A stretch of DNA of 62,917 nt, counting the filler. It is 6 parts of 6 records of this genome, joined end to end, with 100 filler letters (N's around TTAATTAATTAA, not from the genome) between each part and the next. Parts side by side here need not be neighbours in the genome. Positions count along the whole stretch, not along the records: positions 37,401 to 51,442 come from SRR20825010_3265; positions 51,543 to 54,895 come from SRR20825010_3275; positions 54,996 to 58,863 come from SRR20825010_3277; 3 more parts are not named here. One strand, written 5' to 3'. Below the pieces are notes generated by a model, which saw nothing but the letters and a program-made list of their open reading frames with translations, was not told the origin of the DNA and made no database searches. Of this stretch, positions 47,806-57,914 are shown piece by piece; the stretch's first letter is position 1, and each line of letters opens with the position of its first letter. The translations under genes were made by a program, and so were the position numbers.

Positions 47806-48942
47806 TTATTTTGTTATTTTGAATTTATAAAATGTGACTTTCTCTTCTTCTCCGAAATACTCTTGATTTTTAAGGACTATGATCTCGTCTTCGTTATTGT
47901 AAACTCCATTGAAAAGTAATCCCTTTGGGAGCTCAATGTCTTTTTGAATTAGCGAATCATTCTTATCCAAAATCGCTGCATACCGTGGGATTCCATTGAT
48001 AAAATCCATCCATTCTTCCATCTTTTCAGGATCGTGTTGGCCCGAAACTTCCTTTTCAACCCCTTTGGTATAGATCACTACTGTATGATTAGACAAGGGA
48101 TAAAGCCCTTCAATTCTCCCGAAAATATTGGGTTCTCGCTGTTGATTGATGAGTTCTGGATTTTCGATTGGCACACCGATTATGTCCACGGCATCAGAAA
48201 TAGTTAGATCTACAGTTTTTGAATAAATCAACTCATCGCCTTTCTCTTCATATACATGGTATTTTCTTTCGGCTAAGAAATAGAGATACCATTTCCCATC
48301 CCTTTTCTCGACAGTAGGAAACATCCAACGATAATAATTTCCATCCTGATAAATTGTGTTTGGAGGAAAACTCATTGTGTTGGTTATTTCTCCTGTTTCA
48401 GGATTAAAGGTCTCCAAAATAGGACTTGTATAGATTCTCTGATAAAATGCAGACGTATTTGAGTAGTCACTGAGATCTCTCTCTGGGCGTATGTAGGCAT
48501 AAGTATCGCCTAGTGAATAGGCAGAAAAATTTAATCCATTGAGGTGTAGATATTCCAAAGGCATTTCGATTCTTCGGCTTATTTCACCGTTGTTTCCGAA
48601 TTGAATCAAGCCCTTTTGGGAATCCATAATTGTGACCTTTCCTTCCAAAAAACTTTTTCCCTGAAGCCAAGAAATCGCGTTAGGCCCATCTTTTTGTAGA
48701 TCATAGTGATGCTGGGATGTTCCCTTTTCATCAAAAAGTAAAATAGAATTCAAACCATGATCTATTCCCAGGTAGAGGCCTGATTCTGGATCAAAATCAA
48801 AAACATTAAGATTTCCTAGGTAATCAACATGTATGGAATCCTTGATTTCAAGGGTAAAAGACTGAGGTGAATTATCAGTTGAATTACGCGATTTGCAACT
48901 GAAAAGTGCTGCCAATATAAAAATCAGACATAGTTGTTTCAT
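47806..48942 (-). CDS. Hypothetical lipoprotein, probable beta-propeller
   Basis: Lipobox LFSC; beta-rich 378-aa ORF. Confidence 0.7.
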   Translation of the reverse strand: MKQLCLIFILAALFSCKSRNSTDNSPQSFTLEIKDSIHVDYLGNLNVFDFDPESGLYLGIDHGLNSILLFDEKGTSQHHYDLQKDGPNAISWLQGKSFLEGKVTIMDSQKGLIQFGNNGEISRRIEMPLEYLHLNGLNFSAYSLGDTYAYIRPERDLSDYSNTSAFYQRIYTSPILETFNPETGEITNTMSFPPNTIYQDGNYYRWMFPTVEKRDGKWYLYFLAERKYHVYEEKGDELIYSKTVDLTISDAVDIIGVPIENPELINQQREPNIFGRIEGLYPLSNHTVVIYTKGVEKEVSGQHDPEKMEEWMDFINGIPRYAAILDKNDSLIQKDIELPKGLLFNGVYNNEDEIIVLKNQEYFGEEEKVTFYKFKITK

Positions 48943-49022
48943 GAATTCAAGAACGGATATTTTCTTATTCCTAAAAAGTTAAAAAATTCAAAATTTTCCC
49001 CTAAGAATAAGCCATTCAGCTC

Positions 49023-49355
49023 TCAATCTAAGTCATTTTCAAAAAGGAAATTCTGATAAGCATTCTGTAATTCCTGCAGAGCTTTGGTGTTTTTTTCGGC
49101 ACGAGCCAGAGAGATACCATTTTCAAAAATCACTTTAGATTGCTCTATTTCGCCCATTTCGGCGTATAAATGCGCAGCTGGAAAGTAGGTGGCAAGGTAA
49201 GTTGGATGTTCATCTAGTAATTTTGCAAAGAGTGAATATGCCTCATCTTGATCTGTTTCTCGGAACTCTATAGCCAAGGCATACCAGTTGAAGGGATTCC
49301 CTGGTTCTTCTTCGGTAAATTGTCTTAGTAACTGTATCCTGTCCAGATTGGTCAT
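49023..49355 (-). CDS. Small TPR-like protein
   Basis: P.NPF.WYALA.E, P.YLATY helical repeat pattern. Confidence 0.75.
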   Translation of the reverse strand: MTNLDRIQLLRQFTEEEPGNPFNWYALAIEFRETDQDEAYSLFAKLLDEHPTYLATYFPAAHLYAEMGEIEQSKVIFENGISLARAEKNTKALQELQNAYQNFLFENDLD

Positions 49356-49429
49356 CAATAGTTTTTTTAATTAAGTGCTTACTGTTATTTTCACGAGAAA
49401 TAAATCTAAACTAATCTAATTCTAAACCA

Positions 49430-50167
49430 ATGAAGATTCTTGTTTGTATCACCCACGTACCCGATACTACCTCCAAGATTCAGTTTACGGCCGACAATAC
49501 CAAGTTTGATTCTACGGGAGTTCAATATATTATTGGCCCTTACGATGATTATGCCTTGGCTCGTGCTGTTGAATTGAGAGATCAAGCGAGTGGAAAGTTA
49601 ACAGTTTTGAATGTAGGAGAAGCGGATTCTGATCCGACGCTTAGAAAAGCACTAGCAATAGGGGCTGATGAAGCGATTAGAGTAAACTCTGCACCGAAAG
49701 ATTCTTATTTCGTTGCGCAGCAGATTGCACATTACGCCAAAGAAGGAGCTTACGATTTGATTTTGATGGGTAGAGAATCCATTGATTTCAACGGCGGAAT
49801 GGTTCATGGCATGGTAGGAGAGTTGTTGGGAATTCCTTCATTTTCCCCAGTAATGAAACTAGATGTAGATGGATCTTCTGTGAAAATGGCTAGAGAAATC
49901 GAAGGTGGTAAGGAAATGCTAGAAGCAAGTCTTCCACTGATTGCTGGTTGCCAGGAGCCAATTGCAGAATGGAAAATTCCAAATATGCGTGGAATCATGT
50001 CTGCGAGAACTAAGCCGTTGACGGTAGTAGAACCTGTTTCTCAGGATACACAAGCTGAAGCGAGTAAATATGAGCTTCCACCAGCTAAAGGAGCTGTGAA
50101 ATTAGTGGATAAAGATAATGTAGCTGAGCTGGTAAGGCTTTTGAAAAACGAAGCAAAGGTTCTTTAA
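49430..50167 (+). CDS. etfB: Electron transfer flavoprotein beta subunit
   Basis: VCITHVPDT, ALAIGAD, REIEGG. Confidence 0.93.
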   Translation: MKILVCITHVPDTTSKIQFTADNTKFDSTGVQYIIGPYDDYALARAVELRDQASGKLTVLNVGEADSDPTLRKALAIGADEAIRVNSAPKDSYFVAQQIAHYAKEGAYDLILMGRESIDFNGGMVHGMVGELLGIPSFSPVMKLDVDGSSVKMAREIEGGKEMLEASLPLIAGCQEPIAEWKIPNMRGIMSARTKPLTVVEPVSQDTQAEASKYELPPAKGAVKLVDKDNVAELVRLLKNEAKVL

Positions 50168-50202
50168 TCCAAACCCAATAACTTATTATAAATTAAGATA
50201 TT

Positions 50203-51171
50203 ATGTCAATTTTAGTATATATAGAACAAGCCGAGGGAAAGGTGAAAAAGACCAGCCTTGAGGCAGTCTCTTTTGCAAATGCTTTAGCTGGACAAACTGG
50301 TGAGGGAGATGTAGTTGCAGTAGCTCTTGGTACTATTGGTGCCGAAGAATTAGCTGCAATAGGGAAAGCTGGTGCTGCAAAAGTACTTCACGGTGCAGAT
50401 AGCAAACTAGATGCAGGTGTGATTCAAGCACATGCTTCAGCAGTAGCTCAGGCTTTCAATCAAATCGGAGCGAAGACCTTGGTATTGGCGAAATCTTCCT
50501 TAGGAGATGCCGTTGCTGCTAGACTTGCAATCAAACTGAATGCTGGTTTGGTTTCCAACGTAGTCGAGTTGCCAAAAACTGATGGTGCTTATATAGTGAA
50601 GAGAAGTATTTACACAGGAAAAGCTTTCGCAGAAACTACGGTAACTACTGAAAATAAAATTCTTGCAGTTAAGAAGAATGCAATTGATCTGAAGCTTGAT
50701 GGTGCCGATGCGCAAGTTGAAAACTTTGACGTTGCATTGGATGAAGCTGATTTTGCCTCTAAAATCACTTCTACCGAAAGAGCTACAGGCGATGTATTGC
50801 TTCCAGAAGCAGATATTGTCGTGTCAGGTGGTAGAGGCTTGAAAGGCCCAGAAAATTGGGGTATGGTAGAAGAAATGGCGAAAATACTAGGTGCTGCTAC
50901 GGCATGTTCTAAGCCAGTTTCTGACCTTGGATGGAGACCTCATCATGAGCACGTTGGACAAACTGGTGTAAAAGTCGCTCCAACTTTGTACATAGCGATA
51001 GGAATTTCAGGCGCTATTCAACATCTTGCAGGGGTCAACTCTTCAAAGTGCATCGTGGTCATCAATAAAGACCCAGATGCGCCTTTTTTCAAAGCTGCAG
51101 ATTACGGAATCGTAGGAGATGCATTTGAGGTTGTACCCAAATTGAACGAAGCATTTAAAGCTGAATTATAA
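50203..51171 (+). CDS. etfA: Electron transfer flavoprotein alpha subunit
   Basis: VVSGGRG, VGQTG, GISGAIQHLAG, INKDPDAP. Confidence 0.95.
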   Translation: MSILVYIEQAEGKVKKTSLEAVSFANALAGQTGEGDVVAVALGTIGAEELAAIGKAGAAKVLHGADSKLDAGVIQAHASAVAQAFNQIGAKTLVLAKSSLGDAVAARLAIKLNAGLVSNVVELPKTDGAYIVKRSIYTGKAFAETTVTTENKILAVKKNAIDLKLDGADAQVENFDVALDEADFASKITSTERATGDVLLPEADIVVSGGRGLKGPENWGMVEEMAKILGAATACSKPVSDLGWRPHHEHVGQTGVKVAPTLYIAIGISGAIQHLAGVNSSKCIVVINKDPDAPFFKAADYGIVGDAFEVVPKLNEAFKAEL

Positions 51172-51177
51172 ATTTTT

Positions 51178-51442
51178 GTGGAAAAACTCATAGAACTCGA
51201 GATTTTAGGACTCTCGTCCAACCATTCCCAGTCAGGGTCATTTACCTTGGTGTTAGGGGAAGTTGGTGGAGCTAGACGTTTACCGATTGTGATCGGCATG
51301 TTTGAAGCTCAAGCGATAGCTTTGGAGATCGAAAAGATTGTTCCAAATCGTCCCATGACGCATGATTTGTTTAAGTCATTTGCAACTGGGTTCAATTTTG
51401 ACATTGAAAGAATCGTCATCACAGATATGAAGGAAGGAGTCT
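51178..51442 (+). CDS. Bifunctional nuclease (DUF151) family protein, 3'-partial
   Basis: LPIVIGMFEAQAIA, RPMTHDL. Confidence 0.88.
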
Positions 51443-51542
51443 NNNNNNNNNNNNNNNNNNNNNNNNNNNNNNNNNNNNNNNNNNNNTTAATTAATTAANN
51501 NNNNNNNNNNNNNNNNNNNNNNNNNNNNNNNNNNNNNNNNNN
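51443..51542. other. Artificial contig spacer
   Basis: 44 N + TTAATTAATTAA + 44 N. Confidence 0.98.
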
Positions 51543-51543
51543 C

Positions 51544-51648
51544 TCCGTGGCGCGCGCCATGACGGTTGCCACGCCAAAGGCCGATCCTGCATCCGCGCAC
51601 GATATCGGCGTCGCAACCATCCATATGACCGATCTTCCGTCACGGTGA
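51544..51648 (+). CDS. Possible 3' end of an unidentified gene
   Basis: Open frame from the contig edge (SVARAMTVATPK...DLPSR*) with GC-rich third positions; TGACCAAA/TTTGGTCA hairpin at the stop. Confidence 0.3.
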   Translation, partial: SVARAMTVATPKADPASAHDIGVATIHMTDLPSR

Positions 51649-51660
51649 CCAAACCGGCTT

Positions 51661-52965
51661 TTGGTCATGCGCGGGAGAATTTCAGTTATCGATCTGATCC
51701 AGAGCCTTGGCCTGATTACCGGCGGACGGCTGACGAAGCCGGCGGGGCTGATCAATTCGCAGATATTCCATGAAATGCTGGAACGCCGCGTCAACTACAA
51801 GGGTGCCGACGGCCGGGTCCGGGAATCCTGCTGGGGGAAATATACCGGCACTTTCGACGCCGAAGTGATGCAGCGCGTGATCATAGAAATGGTTGAGGAG
51901 GCCGGCGTGGAGGTGCTGCTGCGCGCGATGGTCGTGCAGACCGTCATGAAGGACAAGGCGGTGCACGGTCTGATCATCCGGACCAAATCCGGCGAAAGCC
52001 TGGTTCTTGCCAAGGCCTTCATCGATGCCTCCGGCGCCGGCGCCGGCGATGTCGCGGCGCTGGCCGGCGCCGGGTTCATGCTCGGCCGCGAGGGGGACGG
52101 CCTTACCCAGCCGATAGCCTCGTATTTCCGGGTGCTGAATGTGAATGTCCCGTCCCTGATCGCCGATCGCGAAGCCAACCGGGAGGATATGTGGGAGGTC
52201 GTCTATCCCGAAGAAGCGGGCAATCGCAACGAGGACTTCGTCATGGCCGTGCTGCTGACAGGATTCCAGCAGCGCATCAAGGACAAGGTGGCGGAAGGCT
52301 TTGACTGGATCATCCCGAAGGATCATATCACCATGAAGACCGGGCTGATGCCCGGCGAAATCAGCGTCAACGTCACCCGGTTTCAGGGCAACGGCCTCGA
52401 TGACCGCGATCTCAGCAAAGCCGAAATCGAGATTCGCAAGCAGGCCTACCGCGCCTTCGATTTCCTGCAACGGTTCGTCAGGGGGGTCGAGGAAGCGATA
52501 TTCCTCGAAGTCGCACCGAAACTCGGCATCCGTGAAACCCGCCGCATCACGGGCGAATACACCATTACCGAAGCGGATGTGCGCGGCAATGGCCGCTTTG
52601 CGGATGCGATCGGGCTTTGCAATTCGCCGGTCGATGTGCACGAACCCGGCGGATCGCATGCGATCATGGATCATGTCGGCATCGGCTACGGCATTCCCTA
52701 CCGCGCAATGGTGCCCCTTGCCGTCGACAACCTGCTTATCGCCGGCCGCTGCATTTCGGCGGATGCCATCGCGTTCGGTTCCACCCGCAATGTCCCGGCC
52801 TGCACGATGACCGGGGAGGCGGCGGCGATTGCGGCGGCTCTGGCGGCGCGGCGTCCTCACGTCGTCGGCGACGTCGGCGACGTTCAGGCGCGCCTTCGCG
52901 AACTCAAGGTCTGGCTCGGCACACCCGGAGAAGAGGTTCCCGACGTCCTGAAACAGGCAGGCTGA
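51661..52965 (+). pseudogene. FAD-dependent oxidoreductase (FAD_oxidored-like) apparently lacking its N-terminal dinucleotide-binding motif
   Basis: FIDASG..GD.A..AGA, GIRETRRI.GEY, YGIPYRAMVP, NLLIAGRCIS; no GxGxxG before these motifs. Confidence 0.6.
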
Positions 52966-52998
52966 ACGACCGGAAAACCGCGCTTGCCGGACCGGGAA

Positions 52999-53103
52999 CT
53001 GGAGCCTGTCCGCATTTTGTTGAATCGCGAACAGGTTCTAACTTTTTGTTTTTCCACGCGTCCGGACGGAACGCCGGTGTCCGGTTTTCCTGGACGCGCT
53101 CTA
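52999..53103. repeat. Rhizobial intergenic palindromic element (RIME/BRU-RS-like)
   Basis: Two hairpins joined by a T-rich linker: GGAGCCTGT...ACAGGTTCT, ttttgtttttc, CGCGTCCGGA...TCCTGGACGCG. Ends on the TAG stop of otnC. Confidence 0.6.
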
Positions 53104-53739
53104 TCGTTTCAGCGCGGCGCTCTGCTCGGGGGTCAGCGGGCGGAGATTGCGGCCTTCGAGAAGCAGGAAGAGCTTCGCGGTCTCCTCCAGTTCCTCGGTC
53201 GCGTATTGTGCATCCCGCAGGCTCTTGCCGGCGACCACCGGTCCGTGATTGGCAAGCAGTACCGCATGAGCCGCCTTTGCCTTCTCCGCCACAGCCTCTG
53301 CCAGCGCCGGATCGCCCGGCGGATAGTAGGGCACCAGCGGCAGAGAGCCGACCCTCATCACGTAATAGGCGGTCAGCGGCGGCAGCACATCGTCTTCATC
53401 GATATCGGCCAGAATGCTGACGGCGACCGCATGGGTGGAGTGCAGGTGCACCACAGCGCCAGCCAGTTTCTGCTGGCAATACATGCACTGGTGCAGGAAC
53501 GCCTCCTTTGTCGGCTTGTCGCCGCCGACATGGACCCCTTCGGCCGTAAACCGCGACAGCCGCTCGGGGTCGAGACTGCCGAGCGAGGCATTGGTTGGCG
53601 TCATCAGCAGATCGCCGTTGCCAAGGCGCGCGCTGATATTTCCCGTCGAACCGAATGTCAGGGAGCGGTCGAAAAGCGATTTGCCAACCAGCGCAATCTC
53701 GTCGCGCAGCCTGGTTTCTTCGGAAAGTATCGCGGTCAT
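53101..53739 (-). CDS. otnC: 3-oxo-tetronate 4-phosphate decarboxylase (class II aldolase family)
   Basis: GSTGNISAR, GDKPTKEAFLH, VVHLHSTH, PPLTAYYVMRVG, LLANHGPVV, EELEETAKL. Confidence 0.85.
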   Translation of the reverse strand: MTAILSEETRLRDEIALVGKSLFDRSLTFGSTGNISARLGNGDLLMTPTNASLGSLDPERLSRFTAEGVHVGGDKPTKEAFLHQCMYCQQKLAGAVVHLHSTHAVAVSILADIDEDDVLPPLTAYYVMRVGSLPLVPYYPPGDPALAEAVAEKAKAAHAVLLANHGPVVAGKSLRDAQYATEELEETAKLFLLLEGRNLRPLTPEQSAALKR

Positions 53740-53970
53740 TGTGCAAGTTGCCCCAGCTGAAGACATGTTGACGGACCCGCCAATGTGTACGATTCCCATG
53801 CGCAGGTATATGGGCAAGGCCAGATAGCGACAGTTCCGGTATTTCGCGGTATCCGCTGCTTAGCCTTCGAACGTAGCAGTCGTCTTGTGCCGGACGGATC
53901 CGTACCGCGCAACGCGACACTCGACATTCCATTCCGTTTGGCCTATATGGGCGCCAGCATTGAAATAGAT

Positions 53971-54050
53971 GCGCATGAATGGCCCCTGCTGGACGACATC
54001 CCGGCCCGGGCGACTTGAAACACCCTCATTTCTTAAAGAAAGGATGACCG
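53971..54050 (+). promoter_or_regulatory. Candidate alphaproteobacterial S15 autoregulatory leader RNA
   Basis: GCTGGACGACATCCCGGC stem-loop in the rpsO 5' UTR, followed by AAAGGA RBS. Confidence 0.55.
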
Positions 54051-54320
54051 ATGTCGATTACTGCTGAACGCAAGGCAGAGCTGATCAAGGAATACGCAAC
54101 CAAGGAAGGCGACACCGGTTCGCCGGAAGTTCAGGTTGCGATCCTGACCGAGCGGATCACCAACCTGACCGAGCACTTCAAGGACCACAAGAAGGATAAC
54201 CATTCCCGCCGTGGTCTGCTGACGCTGGTTTCGACCCGCCGTTCGCTGCTTGATTATGTAAAGCGCATCGATGAAAGCCGTTATACGAGCCTTATCGGCC
54301 GTCTCGGCATTCGCCGTTAA
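54051..54320 (+). CDS. rpsO: 30S ribosomal protein S15
   Basis: [24 protein letters not shown]; 89 aa. Confidence 0.98.
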   Translation: MSITAERKAELIKEYATKEGDTGSPEVQVAILTERITNLTEHFKDHKKDNHSRRGLLTLVSTRRSLLDYVKRIDESRYTSLIGRLGIRR

Positions 54321-54328
54321 GTTTTATC

Positions 54329-54358
54329 CGGCGGGCGTTAGCGCCCGCCGTTTCCATT
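54329..54358 (+). terminator. Terminator after rpsO
   Basis: CGGCGGGCG-ttag-CGCCCGCCG then TTTCCATTT. Confidence 0.7.
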
Positions 54359-54450
54359 TGCGCTGAAGAGCGCCGGTTTTGCGTCGTGGCGGGCGCAGGA
54401 TCAGAATGCGCGGTCCCGGAACGTCCGGCGCCGCATGCCGCAACGGACCT

Positions 54451-54513
54451 GTCATGGGGCAGGATTGCTGGCTGCTTCGCTTACCGGAAGCAGCACGTTG
54501 TCTTGCCCGTGAC
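54451..54513 (+). promoter_or_regulatory. Long stem-loop in pnp 5' UTR (candidate RNase III/PNPase autoregulatory structure)
   Basis: GTCATGGGGCAGGA...GCTGCTTC / GAAGCAGC...TCTTGCCCGTGAC pairing. Confidence 0.55.
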
Positions 54514-54595
54514 GTGTCGAACGAAACGTGACGCCGCGACGCCGCTTTCCTTTTGGTGGAAGGGCGGGATCGCAGCATTTGTTAAAGGACAAGAC

Positions 54596-54895
54596 ATGTT
54601 CAACACACACAAAGTGGAAATCGAGTGGGCCGGCCGCACACTCAAGCTCGAGACCGGCAAGGTTGCCCGTCAGGCTGATGGCGCGGTCATGGCCACTTAT
54701 GGCGAAACCGTCGTTCTGGCGACCGTCGTCTCGGCCAAGCAGCCGACCCCGGGCCGGGACTTCTTCCCGCTCACCGTCAACTATCAGGAAAAGACCTTCG
54801 CCGCCGGCCGGATTCCGGGTGGCTATTTCAAGCGTGAAGGCCGTCCGAGCGAAAATGAGACCCTCGTTTCCCGTCTGATCGACCGTCCGATCCGC
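54596..54895 (+). CDS. pnp: Polyribonucleotide nucleotidyltransferase, 3'-partial
   Basis: [51 protein letters not shown] at 54596. Confidence 0.96.
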
Positions 54896-54995
54896 NNNNN
54901 NNNNNNNNNNNNNNNNNNNNNNNNNNNNNNNNNNNNNNNTTAATTAATTAANNNNNNNNNNNNNNNNNNNNNNNNNNNNNNNNNNNNNNNNNNNN
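54896..54995. other. Artificial contig spacer
   Basis: 44 N + TTAATTAATTAA + 44 N. Confidence 0.98.
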
Positions 54996-55002
54996 ACACG
55001 CT

Positions 55003-55617
55003 TTAAAGCTCTTCGGTCGAAACCCGATCGCCGCTCTCGTCGATCCCGTAAACGATGGGCGCCCCGGTGGCGATTTCGCGCTTGAGGATCGCTTCTTCGT
55101 CGAGCCCTTCAAGTTTCATGACAAGCGCACGCAGCGAATTGCCATGCGCCGTGACCAGAACGGTCTTGCCGGCCTTGAGCAGCGGCGCGATCTCGGCTTC
55201 GTAATAGGGCAGAACCCGCGCCGCGGTGTCTTTGAGGCTTTCGCCGCCCGGCGGGGGCACGTCATAGGAGCGGCGCCAGATATGGACCTGCTCCTCGCCC
55301 CATTTTTCCCGCGCATCGTCCTTGTTGAGCCCCGAAAGGTCGCCATAGTCACGCTCGTTGAGCTTGTGACTGCGCACGATGGTGAGATCGGTGATCCCCA
55401 TTTCCTCGAGCATCAGGTCGAGCGTGCGCTGGGCGCGGCTCAGCGCGGATGTGAAATAGGCGTCCGGCACGGTCCCGCGTGCCTTGAGCGCCTGTCCGGC
55501 TTTTTTGGCTTCCTCGATCCCCAGATCGGTCAGGCCGGGGTTCTTCCAGCCGGTGAACAGGTTTTTCAAGTTCCATTCGCTCTGGCCATGGCGAACGAGG
55601 ATCAGCGTGCCGGTCAT
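55003..55617 (-). CDS. gpmA: 2,3-bisphosphoglycerate-dependent phosphoglycerate mutase
   Basis: [31 protein letters not shown]. Confidence 0.95.
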   Translation of the reverse strand: MTGTLILVRHGQSEWNLKNLFTGWKNPGLTDLGIEEAKKAGQALKARGTVPDAYFTSALSRAQRTLDLMLEEMGITDLTIVRSHKLNERDYGDLSGLNKDDAREKWGEEQVHIWRRSYDVPPPGGESLKDTAARVLPYYEAEIAPLLKAGKTVLVTAHGNSLRALVMKLEGLDEEAILKREIATGAPIVYGIDESGDRVSTEEL

Positions 55618-55665
55618 AAATCAGTCCTTGTCATTGAGCGTGTTCGATAATGCGGTCATTACAGA

Positions 55666-56472
55666 TCAAAGGCCGAGCACATCGGCCATGGAATAAAGGC
55701 CCGCCGGCTGTTCTGCGGCCCACAGCGCCGCTCGAAGCGCTCCATCGGCAAACAGCGTCCGGTCGCGCGCAGAATGGGACAGGGTGAGGGTTTCGGCCAT
55801 CGATGAAAACAAAACCGAATGCTCGCCCACAATGCCACCGCCGCGCAATGTGGCAAAGCCGATGGAGCCAGGTTGACGCGCGCCGGTGTGCCCGTCGCGC
55901 ACCTTGACCGAATGGTCGGCCAGATCGATGCCGCGCCCCTCGGCCGCCGCCTCGCCCAGAAGCAGCGCTGTGCCCGAAGGCGCGTCCACCTTGTGGCGGT
56001 GGTGCATTTCAAGGATCTCGATGTCGAAATCGATGTCGAGGCTCGCCGCTGTCCTTTTGACCAATGCGGCCAAAAGGTTCACCCCAAGGCTCATATTGCC
56101 CGATTTGACAATCCGCGCGCCATCGCCCCCTGCTCTGGCGATCGCTGCATCCTCCTCGGGTGAACACCCGGTTGTCCCTATGATATGGATCAGCTTGCGC
56201 TCTGCGGCCCGACGGGCCAGCGCGACGCTCAATTGCGGCGCCGTGAAATCGATGATGGCATCGACATGGTCGGCTATATCGAGTGGCGTGTCCCCGATGG
56301 CAACGCCCAGCGGTTCGAGCCCCAAAAGGCTGCCGGCATCCTTGCCCAAAACGCTCGAATTGTCCCGGTCGGCAGCCGCTGTGAGCGTCATGCCGGCATG
56401 GGCCGCGACGGCGCGGATAACCGTCTGTCCCATGCGCCCGCCCGCGCCCACAACCCCGATTTTCAATGCCAT
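55666..56472 (-). CDS. dapB: 4-hydroxy-tetrahydrodipicolinate reductase
   Basis: [31 protein letters not shown]. Confidence 0.96.
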   Translation of the reverse strand: MALKIGVVGAGGRMGQTVIRAVAAHAGMTLTAAADRDNSSVLGKDAGSLLGLEPLGVAIGDTPLDIADHVDAIIDFTAPQLSVALARRAAERKLIHIIGTTGCSPEEDAAIARAGGDGARIVKSGNMSLGVNLLAALVKRTAASLDIDFDIEILEMHHRHKVDAPSGTALLLGEAAAEGRGIDLADHSVKVRDGHTGARQPGSIGFATLRGGGIVGEHSVLFSSMAETLTLSHSARDRTLFADGALRAALWAAEQPAGLYSMADVLGL

Positions 56473-56484
56473 GCTGTTTTCCCT

Positions 56485-57171
56485 TTACGCCGCCTGCATT
56501 TCGGCCAGCACCGCCTGCGCGCTCTGGCGCGGGCTGGGTGCGGCAACGATGGGCCGCGCCACAACAAGATGGGATGCGCCCGCCGCCAGCGCATCGGCCG
56601 GTGTCATCACACGCTTCTGGTCTCCCCTGTCCGCACCGGCAGGTCGGATACCGGGGGTCACCACGGCCATGTCGGGCCCGACGATCTCACGCACCGCCCG
56701 CGCCTCGAAGGCCGAGGCCACGACGCCGCCCATGCCCGCATCGCGTGCCTGGCGCGCCCGACGTGCCACGAGCTCGGCAACCGAAACGCCATAGCCGGCA
56801 TCATCGAGATCGGCCTGATCCATCGAGGTGAGGACGGTGACGCCCAGCAGGCAGAGCGACGACCCTTCGGCTGCCTTGACTGCAGCCGCCATCGCCTTGG
56901 GATAGGCATGGAGCGTGAGCATGGTCGCGCCGGTTTCGGCAATGGCCGCGACGCCCTTTGCAATCGTGTTGTCGATATCGAGGAGCTTGAGGTCGAAAAA
57001 CACGCGCTTGCCGGCCTTGAGCAATTCCTTGCCCACGATCAGCCCGTCGCCGCCATAGAAAAGCTGATAGCCGATCTTGTAGAAATCGACGATGCCATCG
57101 AGCCGGGAAATCATGTCCTCGGCTTCACGGCGTGTCCCGACATCGAGCCCGACAATCAGGTCACCGGCCAT
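56485..57171 (-). CDS. pyrF: Orotidine-5'-phosphate decarboxylase
   Basis: [34 protein letters not shown]; start at ATG 57171. Confidence 0.95.
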   Translation of the reverse strand: MAGDLIVGLDVGTRREAEDMISRLDGIVDFYKIGYQLFYGGDGLIVGKELLKAGKRVFFDLKLLDIDNTIAKGVAAIAETGATMLTLHAYPKAMAAAVKAAEGSSLCLLGVTVLTSMDQADLDDAGYGVSVAELVARRARQARDAGMGGVVASAFEARAVREIVGPDMAVVTPGIRPAGADRGDQKRVMTPADALAAGASHLVVARPIVAAPSPRQSAQAVLAEMQAA

Positions 57172-57242
57172 TCCATGTCTCCGCGTGCTTTGGTGTATCA
57201 AGGCTCGATGCCATGAGTTGGGCCCGAGCGCAAGCTCCGGCT

Positions 57243-57794
57243 CTAAATCCCGCCCCGTGAAAAATGGGTGAGTTCTTTGACCAGCTGGTCGATCTTGGTG
57301 CTGACCCCCGATTCTGCCACCGAGCCGTCCTCGGCGAAAGCGCTCGATGCCGGACCGACGCCGAGCAGGGTCGGCACGACCAGCGCGCCGATCTTGGAGA
57401 GCGAATCGCGCAAATGGCTCTGGGCCCATATGGTCCCGTAGCGCCCCGAGGACACCCCGCCGATCCCGAACACCGCATGCCGGAAGGGTGACGGCTTTTG
57501 CCGGGAAAGCCATGCGATCGTGTTGACGACCAGCGGCGGCAGCCCGCCATTGTATTCGGGCGTGGCGATAAACACGATGTCGTGGGATCGGAACAGATCG
57601 GCCAGTTGTCCTGCGGCCTCGGGCACATTGTCAGGCTCGAGATCCTGATTGAAAACCGGCATCTCGAAATCTTTGAGCGTGATCGAATTGACCGCGACCC
57701 CGGCTTCGCTGAGCTTTGCGTCCACCGCGTCCTGAAGCGTCTTGTTGACCGATCCGGCGCGGATCGAGCCGCAGAGGGTAAGGGCGCTAGCCAT
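57243..57794 (-). CDS. NADPH-dependent FMN reductase
   Basis: [17 protein letters not shown](L)SR, SSGRYG. Confidence 0.9.
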   Translation of the reverse strand: MASALTLCGSIRAGSVNKTLQDAVDAKLSEAGVAVNSITLKDFEMPVFNQDLEPDNVPEAAGQLADLFRSHDIVFIATPEYNGGLPPLVVNTIAWLSRQKPSPFRHAVFGIGGVSSGRYGTIWAQSHLRDSLSKIGALVVPTLLGVGPASSAFAEDGSVAESGVSTKIDQLVKELTHFSRGGI

Positions 57795-57860
57795 TGGTGT
57801 CTCCTTGTTGATGGGCGGCAGTTAAGCGGGCCATTTGGATCGCCGCAACCGCTCACATAC

Positions 57861-57890
57861 AAAAAGCCCTCCGCAACGCGAAGGGCTTTT
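57861..57890 (-). terminator. Intrinsic terminator after dnaJ
   Basis: AAAAAGCCCT...AGGGCTTTT hairpin with A/T flanks. Confidence 0.7.
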
Positions 57891-57914
57891 GAAAAAAGGT
57901 CCAGCCAACCGACG

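Noticed and set aside
51682-53932. Long overlapping ORFs (51682-52860, 52617-53420, 52984-53760, 53396-53932)
   Set aside because: Alternative-frame artefacts of high GC content; they overlap well-supported genes.
54386-54595. 70-aa N-terminal extension of PNPase in the ORF track
   Set aside because: Homology starts at MFNTHKV (ATG 54596) with an upstream AAGGA RBS; the extension is structured UTR.
57172-57513. N-terminal extension of pyrF in the ORF track
   Set aside because: It overlaps the FMN reductase gene in another frame; PyrF motifs begin at 57171.
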